A stretch of 64,000 nt of DNA, taken from Mobula hypostoma. Lineage: Eukaryota. The stretch's first letter is position 1. Each line of letters begins with the position of its first letter. A program made the position numbers and the translations under genes. The notes beneath the pieces were generated by a model that was not told where the DNA came from, did not search any database, and saw only the letters and a program-made list of their open reading frames with translations. The stretch spans positions 18,292,001 to 18,356,000 of the forward strand of contig NC_086097.1 of NCBI RefSeq assembly GCF_963921235.1, written 5' to 3'. This document shows, piece after piece, positions 50,300-61,759 of the stretch.

Positions 50300-51900
50300 G
50301 TTCAAAGTCAAAAGTGAAGTCAAGTTTATTGCCATATGTACAATTGCATGTTATAGAGAAGCTGACCCATATCAAGCATCTAGGTAGGTTATTTTCTGCG
50401 CTGCATCAATAAAAATTGGTAAGGGTCAATGGGGAACATGCCAACATTCTTTAGCCTTCGGTAGGTGTGGAGATATTGATGAGTATTCTTGGCCACGGTG
50501 CCAATGTCATTAGACCAGGATGGGATAGTGGTGATGTTCACTCCTAGGAACGTAAAGATCTCGCCCTCTCAACCTCAGCACCATTGATACAAACAGAAGC
50601 TTGTGAACCAGTCCATTTCCTGAAGTCAATGCCCAGCTCTTTTGTTTTCTGACACTGAGTGAATGGAAGTAGCGGTTTCTGAACCTTGGTGTGGGACATC
50701 AGGCTACTGTACTGTCTGACGAAAAATAGTTGTGAAAGGATCACATGGCCCAGGTGATGGGAATCTTTGATGATAAATCTTTGGTTCTTGATGCAGCGCC
50801 TCCTGAAGATACTACCTATGATGGGCAGAATCCACTACTCTCTGCAGCCTTTTATGTCACTGTACATTCAAACTGCAGTACCAGACCACAATGCAACCAG
50901 AAAGGACATTTTCAATAGTACATCTTTAGAAGCTTGTTAGGGTGTTCAATGACAAACCAAACATCCTTCTAATAAAGTAAAGGTACTGACACACATTCCT
51001 TATGATTGCATCTATGTGCTGGGCCTCAGACAGGTAATCCGATGTGTTAACGCCCGGGAATTTAGAGTAGTTGACTCTCTCCATTGCCGATCCCCCAATA
51101 TAGAGTGATGCAGGTTCATCTTCCTTCCCCTTCCTGAAGACAACCATCAGCTCTTTAGTTTTTCTGTCATTGAGCAAGACGTTGTTTTTGTGGTGTCACT
51201 GTCCTATCTCAGTCCAGTAAGCTGACTTATTGCCACCTACGATTAAACCAACAGTTGTATCATCGGCGTAGATGGCGTTGGAGCTGTATTTGTGAACACA
51301 ATCATGTGCGTATAGAGAATGGATCAGGGATTAATAATGCAGCCTTGAGAACAAATTGTGTTAATGGTCAGGAAGGCGGATGATGTTGTTACCAATCTTC
51401 ACTGATTGAGGTCAGCCACAAAGGAAAGTCAAAAAGTCGAGCACCTAGTTGAAGAAGGAGGTCCAGAGGCCCAGGTCTTGAAGCTCAACAGTGAGTTTGA
51501 ATGGGCTGACTGTGTTGAACATTGAGCTATAGTTGATAAGCAACAGCATGACATACGAGTTCTTGCTGTCAAGGTGTTCCAGAGCAAAAGGAAACACCAG
51601 AAGAACTACATCCACTGTTTACCAGTAGTGGCTGGCAAATTGGACCAGATCTAGATTTCTTTGATACAGGAGTCGATTCATGCCATAAGCAGCCTCTCAA
51701 AGTCTTTATTATGGTTGATGTAAGTGCCAGCAGATGGTAGTCATTGGGGCAGGATGCCATGCCAGAGGAGTCAGAAGGTACCTTTTTGAAGCAGGTGGGA
51801 ACCACAGCACAGGGGTGAGTGGTTGACTATATCTGCAAATACTTTGGCCAGTGGGATATATGGAATGCATATCGATATGGTCCGCACAGATCATTAGTAC
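50300..51900 (-). mobile_element. Old Rex1/Babar-like LINE fragments
   Basis: KTKELGIDFRK, KTKELMVVFRK and VPTCFK...NDYHLLALTSTI. Confidence 0.75.
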
Positions 51901-52503
51901 TTGGCCAGGTCCTCTGTCTGGACCAGATGCCTTTTGTGAATATACTCTCTTGAAGAATGCCTTCTAACATTGTCACAATAATTCTGTTATTATTCACAAT
52001 TTGTGTCCTAATATGACAGCTGAAAAATGTAACGCTGTGTGTTACCATTAGTGGGCCAATCGATAGGTTTGTATAAGTTCCCGTAAGTGCTACCTCACTG
52101 CTGATATTGGCCTGTTTATTCTAATTGGTTTCCAAATTCCATTAAAACAGCACTGAAAGGAATTAATATGTGAACTCTAATCTTGTGCAGCAGAGATTAA
52201 AACCATTAATGTTTTTTTGATAGAGAAGAGCATCTCTGTGTTACTTTTTTACAGGCAATTTATGGAGCAGCATTTAAGTGGAGGTGACATGGGAGAGAAA
52301 AAATAAAGCTCTTGCCTGAAGTAGCTCAGTGATATCATTAAAAATGAAATCACAGACCAATTATTTGCACTATGCCAGTGTTGCCTGCCTTGCATTTGTC
52401 AAGCTTAAGAGCAATCTGCTCTCTATTCAAACTTCCTGTGTGCTCAGAATGGGAAAGATTTTATATTTACGATTACACCAGTAAGACAGTAATGGGAGTG
52501 TAT

Positions 52504-52688
52504 GGGGTGTCAGGGAGGGGTAGCACCTCTGGTGGGGGAACATGTCGCGTCCTTTTCAGGGTGGTTAGTCCACCTTTGGTCCCCACCTGGCACTCAGCTC
52601 TCACCTGTGGCTCCCTGTAGCTGTTTGCATGCGACAGCGGCCACACCCTGGGCAATGGCTTCGACAAGCCGGCTAAACCAGGTGAGGG
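52504..52688 (+). ncRNA. Putative HDV-like (delta-class) self-cleaving ribozyme
   Basis: Manual fold gives P1 GGGGUGU/ACACCCU with G1.U wobble, P2 CUCACCUG/CAGGUGAG, P3 GGC/GCC, L3 UCCCUGU, P1.1 CC/GG, P4 GGCUU-cgac-AAGCC and J4/2 GGCUAA, all in the canonical order. Confidence 0.75.
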
Positions 52689-53010
52689 TAGCCGACGGGT
52701 CTCAAACCCTCGGTGAGGTAGGGAGTTGCCTATCCCAGCATGTGAAGACAGGCTCTGGCAGATTGAGCAGACGAGACCAATGGAAGGTCCAACGGTCAAG
52801 GAGGCGGTCTCTGCAAGCGTCGTGGAACGTGTAGAACAGGACAAGACACAGAAGATGTCCTGGTCATCCACTGCGCCCAGTCCCATCTCCAGCCGTCTAG
52901 ACTCTGTCTTGCCACTGGATCCAGATGGGAATTGGGAAGAGAGAGTGAGGCTGACGCTGCGCAGTTCTCCCTTACTTAAATCCAAATCACGCGCTAGTCT
53001 CGACACCATC

Positions 53011-53152
53011 AGCCAGCTGGTGGTGCAGTGACATCAGTGCCGGACACCAGGAGCGAAGGTTCCCAAGTTCAAATCCAGTCGAGCTGCTCCCAGGCATGCT
53101 TTTCATTCGTGCCGGGTTGAGTGTCAAGCTAGCAACTCAACCTCGTAAAGAG
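53011..53152 (+). mobile_element. tRNA-like Pol III module (SINE head) inside the ribozyme-bearing element
   Basis: A-box-like tggtgcagtg and B-box-like aagttcaaatcc at tRNA-like spacing. Confidence 0.6.
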
Positions 53153-54049
53153 TCCTAATGGTGTCGAGGTCTTCATTGATGGCGATGGACGAACCTTAAG
53201 ACAGTAATGGCAAGGGACAAAGATAAAGTAGGTGCAAAAGCTCTAAATTAGCCTGAAGTCTGTTTTAAGAAGTGATTCAGCAAAAGTCAATTAGAAACAG
53301 CCACTTGTTGATAAACCAGCCTTGACAATAGGAGACAATTAAGAAGGGGTTACAAAGGGAAGAATTAGGAAACTGAGAGCCTCCGCATAACACGATGTAT
53401 AGAGAGTCACCTGAAGCCAAAAAGGGAAATTGCAACAGGCTGGGAGAGTCAGAGTCATGGAAAAGTACATCACAGAAATAGAACCTTTGGCCCATCTAGT
53501 CTGTGCTGAGCCATTTAAGCTGCCTACCCCCATCGAACCGCACCAGCACTATAGCCCTCCATACCCATGCACCACTTTTGCTAGCAGCTCATTTCAAACC
53601 TTCATGAATCTCTGAGTGAAGAAGTTTCCCCTCATGTTCCCCTTAAACTTTTCAGCTTTCACCTGTAACCATGACCTCTTGTTGTAGTCCCACCCAAAGT
53701 CAGTGGAAAAAGCCTGCTTGCATTTACTCTATCTATACCCCTCATAATTTTGTATATCTCTGTCAAATCTCCTCACAATCTTCTACATTCCAAGGAATAA
53801 AGTCCCAACCTATTCAATTATTCCTTATAATTCAGGTCCAGACCCGGGAACATCCTTATAAATTTTCTCTGTACTCTTTCAACCTTATTTACATCTTTCC
53901 TGTAGGCAGGTGACCTAAACTGCACAGAATACTCCAAATTAGATCTCATCAACGTCTATTACAATTTCAACATAACATCCCATCTCTTGTGCTCAATATT
54001 TTGATTTTTGAAGGCCAAAAGCTTTCTTAATGACCCTGTTTATCTATAG

Positions 54050-54965
54050 ACGCAAACAACAGGAATTCTGCAGATGCTGGAAATTCAAGCAACACACATC
54101 AAAGTTGCTGGTGAACGCAGCAGGCCAGGCAGCATCTCCAGGAAGAGGTACAGTTTGCACTTATCCTTGTAAGCAGAACAAGTGCTACACATGCCCATAC
54201 ACTTCCTCCCTTACCACCATTCAGAGCCCCAAACAGTCCTTCCAGGTGAGGCGACACTTCACCTGTGAGTCGGTTGGGGTGATATACTGCATTCGGTGCT
54301 CCCGATGTGGCCTTCTATATATTGGCGAGACCCGACGCAGACTGGCAGACCTCTTTGCTGAACACCTACGCTCTGTCCGCCAGAGAAAGCAGGATCTCCC
54401 AGTGGCCACACATTTTAATTCCACATCCCATTCCCATCCTGACATGTCTATCCATGGCCTCCTCTACTGTAAAGATGAAGCCACACTCAGGTTGGAGGAA
54501 CAACACCTTATATTCCGTCTGGGTAGCCTCCAACCTGATGGCATGAACATCGACTTCTCTAACTTCCGCTAATGTCCCACCTCCCCCTCGTACCCCATCT
54601 GTTATTTATTTTTATACACACATTCTTTCTCTCACTCTCCTTTTTCTCCCTCTGTCCCTCTGAATATACCCTTTGCCCATCCTCTGGGTTCCCCCCCGCC
54701 CTTGTCTTTCTCCCCGGACCTCCTGTCCCATGATCCTCTCGTATCCCCTTTGCCAATCACCTGTCCAGCTCTTGGCTCCATCCCTCCCCGTCCTGTCTTC
54801 TCCTATCATTTTGGATCTCTCCCTCCCCCTCCCACTTACAAATCTCTTACTAACTCTTCCTTCGGTTAGTCTTGACGAAGGGTCTGGGCCTGAAACGTCG
54901 ACTGTACCTCTTCCTAGAGATGCTGCCTGGCCTGCTGCGTTCACCAGCAGCTTTGATGTGTGTTG
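54050..54965 (+). mobile_element. Penelope-like element: inverted terminal segment, GIY-YIG region and 3' terminal repeat
   Basis: 15-bp TSD cctgtttatctatag (54035-54049 and 54966-54980); 54078-54153 is the reverse complement of the 3' terminus. Confidence 0.92.
54155..54572 (+). pseudogene. Penelope GIY-YIG endonuclease domain (open frame, RT missing)
   Basis: C..NKCYTC...VIYCIRCSRCGLLYIGETRRRLADLFAEH...VATHFN...EQHLIFRLGSLQPDGMN. Confidence 0.92.
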
Positions 54966-55389
54966 CCTGTTTATCTATAGCACCATTTTCAACAAATTAT
55001 GGACCTGTATTCCCAGACTGCCTTGTTCTACCACATTCCTCAGTGTCCTACCACTCACTGCTGGTTGGTCCTACCAAAATGCAACACCTCACACTTGTCT
55101 GTATTAAATTCCATTCAATGAGGTTAAAGATTATAACATTGAAATTAAAAGGATAATACAGAAAGCAAAGAAAGTGCATGAAAAATATTTCCAAGGAAAC
55201 CTGGAACTATTTCCTAAGAACATAAGAGGCAAGAGAAAAAAATACCTGAGAAGGTTGAGGATGTAGGTAAAATTCATAATGAATATTTTCAATAAAGGAG
55301 GGTTGAAAATGCCACTGTTATAGTTAAGGAGGAAGTGTGGAAATTTTGGATGGGCAAATGAGACAAAAGAGGAAGTATTACAAAGTTTA

Positions 55390-56650
55390 AGACCATAAGA
55401 CATAGGAGAAATTAGGCCATTCAGTCCATTGAGTCAGCTCTGCTATTCCATCATGGCTGATTTATTATCCCCCTCAATCCCATTCTCCTATCTTCTCTCT
55501 GTAACTCTTGACGACCATACTAATCAAAAACCTATCAACCTCCATTATAATTATAGCCAATGACTCGGCCTCCCCAGCCTTCTGTGACAATGAATTCCAC
55601 AGACTTACTATGTCTGGCCAAAGAAAATCCTCCTCATCTTAATGGACATCTCTCTATTGTGAGCCTATGCCCTCTGATCCTAGACTACCCCAGTATTGGA
55701 ACCATTCTGTGCATGTTCATTCTATTTAGGCCTTTCAATATTCAATAGGATTCAATGAGATGCTTCCCTCATCCTTCCAAATTCCAATGAGTACAGGCCC
55801 AGAGCCGTCAAATGCTCCTCATACCCTTTCATCCCTGGAATCATTCTCTTCAACCTTCTCTGAACCCTCTTCAATGCCAGCACATCTTTTTTTGGATAAG
55901 GGGCCCAAAATTGCTCACAATACTCAAAATGCAGTCTGACAAATGCTTTATAAAGAATTAGCATTGCATCCTTGCTCTTATAGTCCTCTTGAGATGAATG
56001 CTAGCTTTGCATTTGCCTTCCTTACTTCCAAAAGCATCGTATCTGTAAGTTAAACCAGGTAATTTTGCACAAGAACTCCCAAGTCTCTTTGCACCTCTGA
56101 TTTCTGAATTTTCTCCCCACTTAGAAAATTGCCTGCACCTTTATTCCTTCTAGCAAAGTACATGAACATACATTTCCATATACTGTATTCCCTCTGCCAT
56201 ATCTTTGCCCAATCTGCAAATCTGTCTAAGTCCATCTGCAAACTCCCTGCTTCCTCAGCACCACCTGTCCCTCTGCCTATCCTCATATCATCTGCAAACT
56301 TAGCCACAAAGCCACCAATTCTATCATCCAAATTGCTGATAGTTAATGTGAGAAGAAGTGGTTCCAACTTTAATCCCTGCGGAACACCATCAGTCACTAG
56401 CGGCCAACCAGGAAAGGACTTTATTCCAACTTTATTCCTACTCTGTGCCGCCAGCCAGTCAGCCAGTCTTCTGTCTATGGGCTCTTACCTTGTTCAGCAG
56501 CCTCATGTGAGGCACCTATTCAAAGGCCTTCTGAAAAGTCAAGTAAGCAACATCCATTAACTCTTCTTTGTCTATCCTTCCTGTTATTACCACAAAGAAT
56601 TCAAGCTGATTTGTCAGGCAAGATTTCCCCCTAATGAAACCATGCTGTGG
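55390..56650 (-). mobile_element. CR1 RT to 3' end fragment
   Basis: QHGFIRGKSCLTN, GVPQG, KFADD and LYKAFVRLHFEYC. Confidence 0.88.
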
Positions 56651-57019
56651 AAAACTTGCCTGAAAAGTCTGTTGGAACACTTTGCATCTCTGAATGTGGA
56701 TAAATAAGCCAGCATCAGATAGAATAGATCCAAGATTATTAAAATAAGCAAATAAGGAAAACATAGAATCATTTTAACTACATTTTTTTCAGTCTTTCGT
56801 GGTAATAGGTATGGTTCTGAAGAACTGGAAGTTTGTTAACATTCAGCAAGAGATGAAGAAGTAAACCATGTAAATACTAACCAATTGATTTAACTAGCTT
56901 TGGACAGACTATTGGAACGCATTCTAACAGAGAGTGCATATACTTATCTGTGAAAGCAAAATTTAATCAGAAACAATCAGCATGAATGCAAGACCATCAG
57001 AAACAGTCAGCATGGATGT

Positions 57020-57487
57020 AAGACCATCAGACATAGCAGCAGAGTTAAGTCATTCGGCTCATCAAGTCTGCTCTACCATTCCATCATGGCTGATGTATTA
57101 TCCCTCTCAACCCCATTCTTCTGTCTTCTCCCCATAACCTTTGATGCCCTTGCTAATTAAGAACTTATCAACCTCTGGCTTAAACATACCCAATGACTTG
57201 GCTTCCACAGCTGTCTGTGTCAATGAATTCCACAGATTCACCACCCTCTGCTGAAAGAAATTCCTCTTCCTCTTTGTTTTAAAGGGATGTCCTTATATTC
57301 TGGGCCTGTGCCCTCTTGTCCTAAACTTCCCCACTATTGGAATCCTCCTCCGCACATCCACTCTATCTCGTCCTTTCAATATTCAATAGTTTTCAATGAG
57401 AACCCCCTCGCCTCACATACAGACCAAGAGTCATCAAACAGTCCTCGTACATTAATCCTTACATTGCTAGGATCATTCTTGTAAACC
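57020..57487 (-). mobile_element. CR1 3' end fragment
   Basis: 3' UTR similar to the copies at 17330, 19766 and 55390. Confidence 0.8.
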
Positions 57488-57639
57488 TATATAAGAATAG
57501 GACTTGTGAGGTTACCCAGTTATTATTCATCCAAGGCATGTGAGTTCAGGGCAGCAGAATATGTTAACTGTGGGCAGCAAGGGGACATGTTTCTGTATGT
57601 AAGGTCAACAGAAGATAGAGGGAAAAGGGATAGGCAGCC

Positions 57640-58980
57640 AGTGCAGAGTGCTGCATCAATATTAAGTATATTGCTTTGGATACTGTTGAAGTGAACTAGC
57701 AGAACTAGCCACAGCGACTGGATTAGAACTGGGTCAGGCTCTGTGGCTCAGAAGGGGAGTGGGGAGAAGAGGAGTGCAGTAATGATAGGGGATTCAATCG
57801 TTAGAAGTGTGGACAGGATGTGAAAGAGACTTTCAGATGGTATGTTGCCTGCCAGGAACTGAGATCAGGGATGTCTCAGATCAAGTTCTCAGCACTCTAA
57901 AGGGGGAGGGTGAACAGATAGAAATTGTGGCACATATTTGCACCAATGACATAGATAGGAAAAGGGAGGAAGTCCTAAGAGAGAATATAGGGAGTTAGGC
58001 AGAAAGCTGCAAAGCTCTAACTCAAGGGTAGTAATCGCTGGATTTCTGCCCATGCCACCCATCAGTGAGGGCAAAAATAGGATGATTTGGCAGATGAATT
58101 TATAACTGAGGAATTGGTGCAGGGTTTGAGATTTCTGGATCAATGGGATTTCCTCTAGGGAAGGTAAGACCTGTACAAAAAGGGACAGGTTACACCGGAA
58201 CTCGAGAGGGACCAGTTCCTTGCGGGCAGGTTTGTTAGAGGTGTTGAGGAGGGTTTCAACTAATTTGGCAGGGGGATGGAAACAAGAGTGATGGGGCTAA
58301 GAATGGAACAGTCAGTAACCAAGTATATGTAATGTGTGGTAAGAAAATTCAGAGGTCAGATATGCAAAGGGATTTGGGAGTCCTCGTGCAGTATTTCCTA
58401 AAGGTTAACTTGTAGGTTGAGTCAGCGGTAAGGAAGTCAAATGCAAAGTTAGCATTCATTTCCAGAGGACTAGAATCTAAATGCAAGGATATAATTCTGA
58501 GGCTTTGTAGGGCATTAGCCAGACTGCACTTGGTGTGTTGTAAACAGCTTTAGTCAGTTTTGGGCCACATCGAACAAAGGCTACGCTGGCATTGGACAGA
58601 GTCCAAAATAGGTTTATGAGAATGATTTCAAGAATGAAAGTGTTAATGTCTGCAGAGTGTTTGAAGGCTCTGGGCCTGTACTCATTGGAATGTAGAAGAA
58701 TGAGGGATGATCTTATTGTAACGTATCAAGTATTGAAAGGTCTAGATAAAGTGGACATGGAGAAGATGTTTCCTGTAATAGGGGAGTCTAGGACCAAAGG
58801 ACATAACTTCCGAATAGGAGGACAACCTTTAAAACAGATATAAGGAGGAATTTCTTCAGCCAGAGGGTAGTGAATCAGTGGAATTCATTGTCACAGAGGG
58901 CTGTGGAGGCTATGTCATTGGGTATATTTAAAGCAGAGTTTGACAGGTTCTTGAATAGGTTGTGAGTCAAAGGTTATAGC
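57640..58980 (+). mobile_element. CR1 ORF1 esterase remnant joined to an ORF2 3' remnant
   Basis: IGDSIVR (ataggggattcaatcgttaga) and VCCLPG..HICTND, then RVQNRFMRMI...LGLYSLE. Confidence 0.8.
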
Positions 58981-60442
58981 ATCCTGATGAAATCTCTCAG
59001 GCCAAAACAGCGACTGTTTACACTTTTCCATAGATGCTGCCTGGCTTGCTGAGGTCCTTCAGCATTTTCTGTGTGTTCCAAAGGTTACGGTGTAATGGAT
59101 ATTCACTTCCAGGGCCTGGGGATGTCATGTCTTTTGCCAGGCTTAGCTTTCTAAACACAGTATGTACCTCTTATAAGATAAAGCAGTCCAAGTTAAACTT
59201 CCAACTATATTGTTTGTTTAGTTTCTGGTCATAAACGGGAGCCTATGGCAAGCTGTAATCAGTTTGAAGTTTGAAAACACAGCTTTGCAAACACGCTCTC
59301 TATATAGCAGATGCGTTGTCTGTAGAAAATAGGATGTTGGTTTATCACTACTCAAGAAATGCAGTATAAGACAATTGGTTATTTAATTTGGATTATTTCA
59401 AACAGAAATTGCTGGCTAAATTGCATAGCTCAAAGAAGCTTGCAAACCCTACAGAGTCAAATCACTTGCATATTAGTAATTTATCTACCAATGAGATAGG
59501 AGTTTTATGTACTCAAAGAAGTTGGTTTTACAAACTAGTTGTGGGTAGTTAGGAACTGTGTCTAAAGAGGCTTTTAGACTCTGTAAAAAGGGTATCTGAT
59601 GAAATGTCATATATATGTGAAGTCACTCAAGTGGCAAAGAAATAATATAAATGTAAAGAGCAGTTCATGCTCATTAGGAATGGGATAGGGAACATTAAGC
59701 AGAATGAAAGAAACACGGGGTGAACTAGAATCCATTCCTCTGGCTTCAATTTCTGCGATGAACTTTTTATTCATCGGTATCATTGGTATGTCTTTTTAGT
59801 TTATCAGAATGGTACCCGTGTTTTGGAAATCATTTGTGTTTTAGAAATGTTTGTAATTTGGAAATGTTTAAGATAGAATAACTCTGTAAGAACCTTGTTT
59901 AGATTTAAATGTGTATCACGGTAAATAACGGAACTGTATTTTAAACTATTTTGTTAACTGCAAGTACCTTGTCCTTGGTAGAGACAGAGGTCCCACTGCT
60001 TAAATAGTGGGTATTGGCAGCTAAGCTCACAGTGGAGAATAAACAGGGAAGTGAATTAATCTTTAAAGGTTGGGTAGTTACAATATAACCTCCCTTTAGT
60101 GAGGTTACTTATATCGAATAGGGCTTAAGGACTTTGAGTTTAGAACTTCATGTTCAGCAAACCTATCACAATGGGGAGAAGGCAGGAGAATGGAGTTGGC
60201 AGAGGTAATAAATCAGCCACGATGGAATACAGGAGCAAACTTGATGGACCAAATGGCCTAATTCTGCTTCTATGTCTTATGGTCTTATAACAAGCCAAAG
60301 AATCTGAATGTGAAAGGAAAAATCCGAAGGGAACAACTACAGCAAAATACCACGGATGGGATGTTTGCATAACATTAAAGTGAGCGATTAATGTGACGAT
60401 GGTATTGAACGTCTTGTGTTCTTCGACAAGATGTTAAATCTT

Positions 60443-61130
60443 AGAGGAGGAGAAGATGGTGGCGCAACGCAGCTCGCAGCGGCCACTCCGGTGGTGTTGT
60501 CTGTCATTTGTCAAGTAGGGTGCCATGCCCAATCCTGATTTGATGGAGACGGACGTGAGTGTATGGAGGAACATCTGGTGAAACTTCTGAAATGCCCGCT
60601 TCGCTGCCGCTGATACTGTGTGATCCAGAATCTCCGGAGGAGAAGGCCCCGAGTCCTCGGCTTTGCTTGTTGCTCAGCGGCCGGGGCGTGGTCGAAGTGC
60701 TCGGCAGAGGATGGTGCTCGGAGAGGCTGTGTGGGAGGGGCTGGTCGGAGGCTCGAAGTTTCCGGACGGACTCAGAGTTCGCTGCGGTCGGGTGCTTCCA
60801 ATGGTGCTGCATCAGCAAGTTGGTGGCGCTTGAAGGTTCATGGCAGGGAAAGTTTCTCCCTCCTGCCACCTGCGTGAGATGATGAGTCTGTCGGGACTTT
60901 GAGACTTTTTTTTACCGTGCCCATGGTCTGCTCTTTATCAAATTATGGTATTGCTTTGCACTGTTGTAACTATATGTTATAATTATGTGGTTTTGTCAGT
61001 TTTAGTCTTGGTTTGCCCTGTGTTTTCTTGTGATATCGTTCTGGAGGAACGTTGTATCATTTTTTAATGCATGCATTTCTAAATGACAATAAACGAGGAC
61101 TGAGTGTCCTCATAATCTAATCTAATCTAA
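60443..61130 (+). mobile_element. ~680 bp non-autonomous retroelement with (TCTAA)n tail, copy 2
   Basis: Head gagaagatggtggcg and tail cataatctaatctaatctaa; colinear with 11125-11803. Confidence 0.85.
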
Positions 61131-61308
61131 ATCCCCTCTCAAGGCCAGAATTTACTGTCCATCTCTTCATAAGTGGGCCAGAAGTCAGAAAGAAGCAAAA
61201 TTGGGTAGGGTTGGCTGACTACCCTCTCTGAAGGATCATGGAGCATCAGATTTAAAATTAGGATTAGGTTTTATTTGTCACCTGTAAATAAAAACGCAGA
61301 AAAATGTA

Positions 61309-61503
61309 AACACGAGGAAATCTGCAGATGCTGGAATTTCAAGCAACACACATAAAAATGCCGGTGAACGCAGCAGGTCAGGGCAGGCAGCATCTATAGG
61401 AAGAGGTACAGTCGACATTTCGGGCCGAGACCCTTCGTCAGGACACCGAAACTTCGACTGTACCTCTTCTTATAGATGCTGCCTGGCCTGCTGCGTTCAC
61501 CAG
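61309..61503. mobile_element. Palindromic mini-Penelope insertion with a hammerhead-like motif
   Basis: Flanked by gcagaaaaatgt direct repeats; inverted arms; minus strand 61410-61444 reads gtc-CTGACGA-agggtctcggccc-GAAA-tgtc-gac. Confidence 0.8.
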
Positions 61504-61514
61504 CAGAAAAATGT

Positions 61515-61757
61515 GTCATGCACAGCAGTCCGAGGTGTGCTGGGGGCAGCCTGTAAACATTGCCATGCTTCTGGTGCCAACGTAGTATGCCCACAACTTA
61601 ATAACCCTAACCTGTATGTCTTTGGGATGTGGGGGGAAACTGGAGCACCGGAGAAAACACACATGACCAGGGGAGAATGTACAAACTTACAGACAGTTGT
61701 GGGAATTGAACCCTGACCTTACAGTTGCACCGTAAAATGTTATGCTAACCACCATTC
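61515..61757 (-). mobile_element. V-SINE-like SINE
   Basis: tctttgggatgtggggggaaactggagcaccggag core and tRNA-like head (gggaattgaaccc). Confidence 0.7.
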
Positions 61758-61759
61758 TA

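Larger units (their letters stand above)
52496..53196 (+). mobile_element. ~700 bp non-autonomous retroelement with 14-bp TSD
   Basis: Perfect direct repeat taagacagtaatgg at 52482-52495 and 53197-53210; GC/CpG-rich with no credible ORF. Confidence 0.85.
53450..55115 (-). mobile_element. CR1 3' fragment interrupted by a Penelope insertion
   Basis: CR1 3' UTR and ORF2 end on both sides of 54050-54965. Confidence 0.8.

Noticed and set aside
52558..52563. Alternative P1 5' strand AGGGUG for the ribozyme
   Set aside because: It gives only 6 bp without the G.U wobble and can pair locally with CCACC (52570-52574); 52504-52510 gives a canonical 7-bp P1.
52473..53031. Overlapping 101-178 aa ORFs on both strands
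   Set aside because: No recognisable domains; open frames are expected in GC-rich sequence, and the RNA structure and TSD explain the region better.
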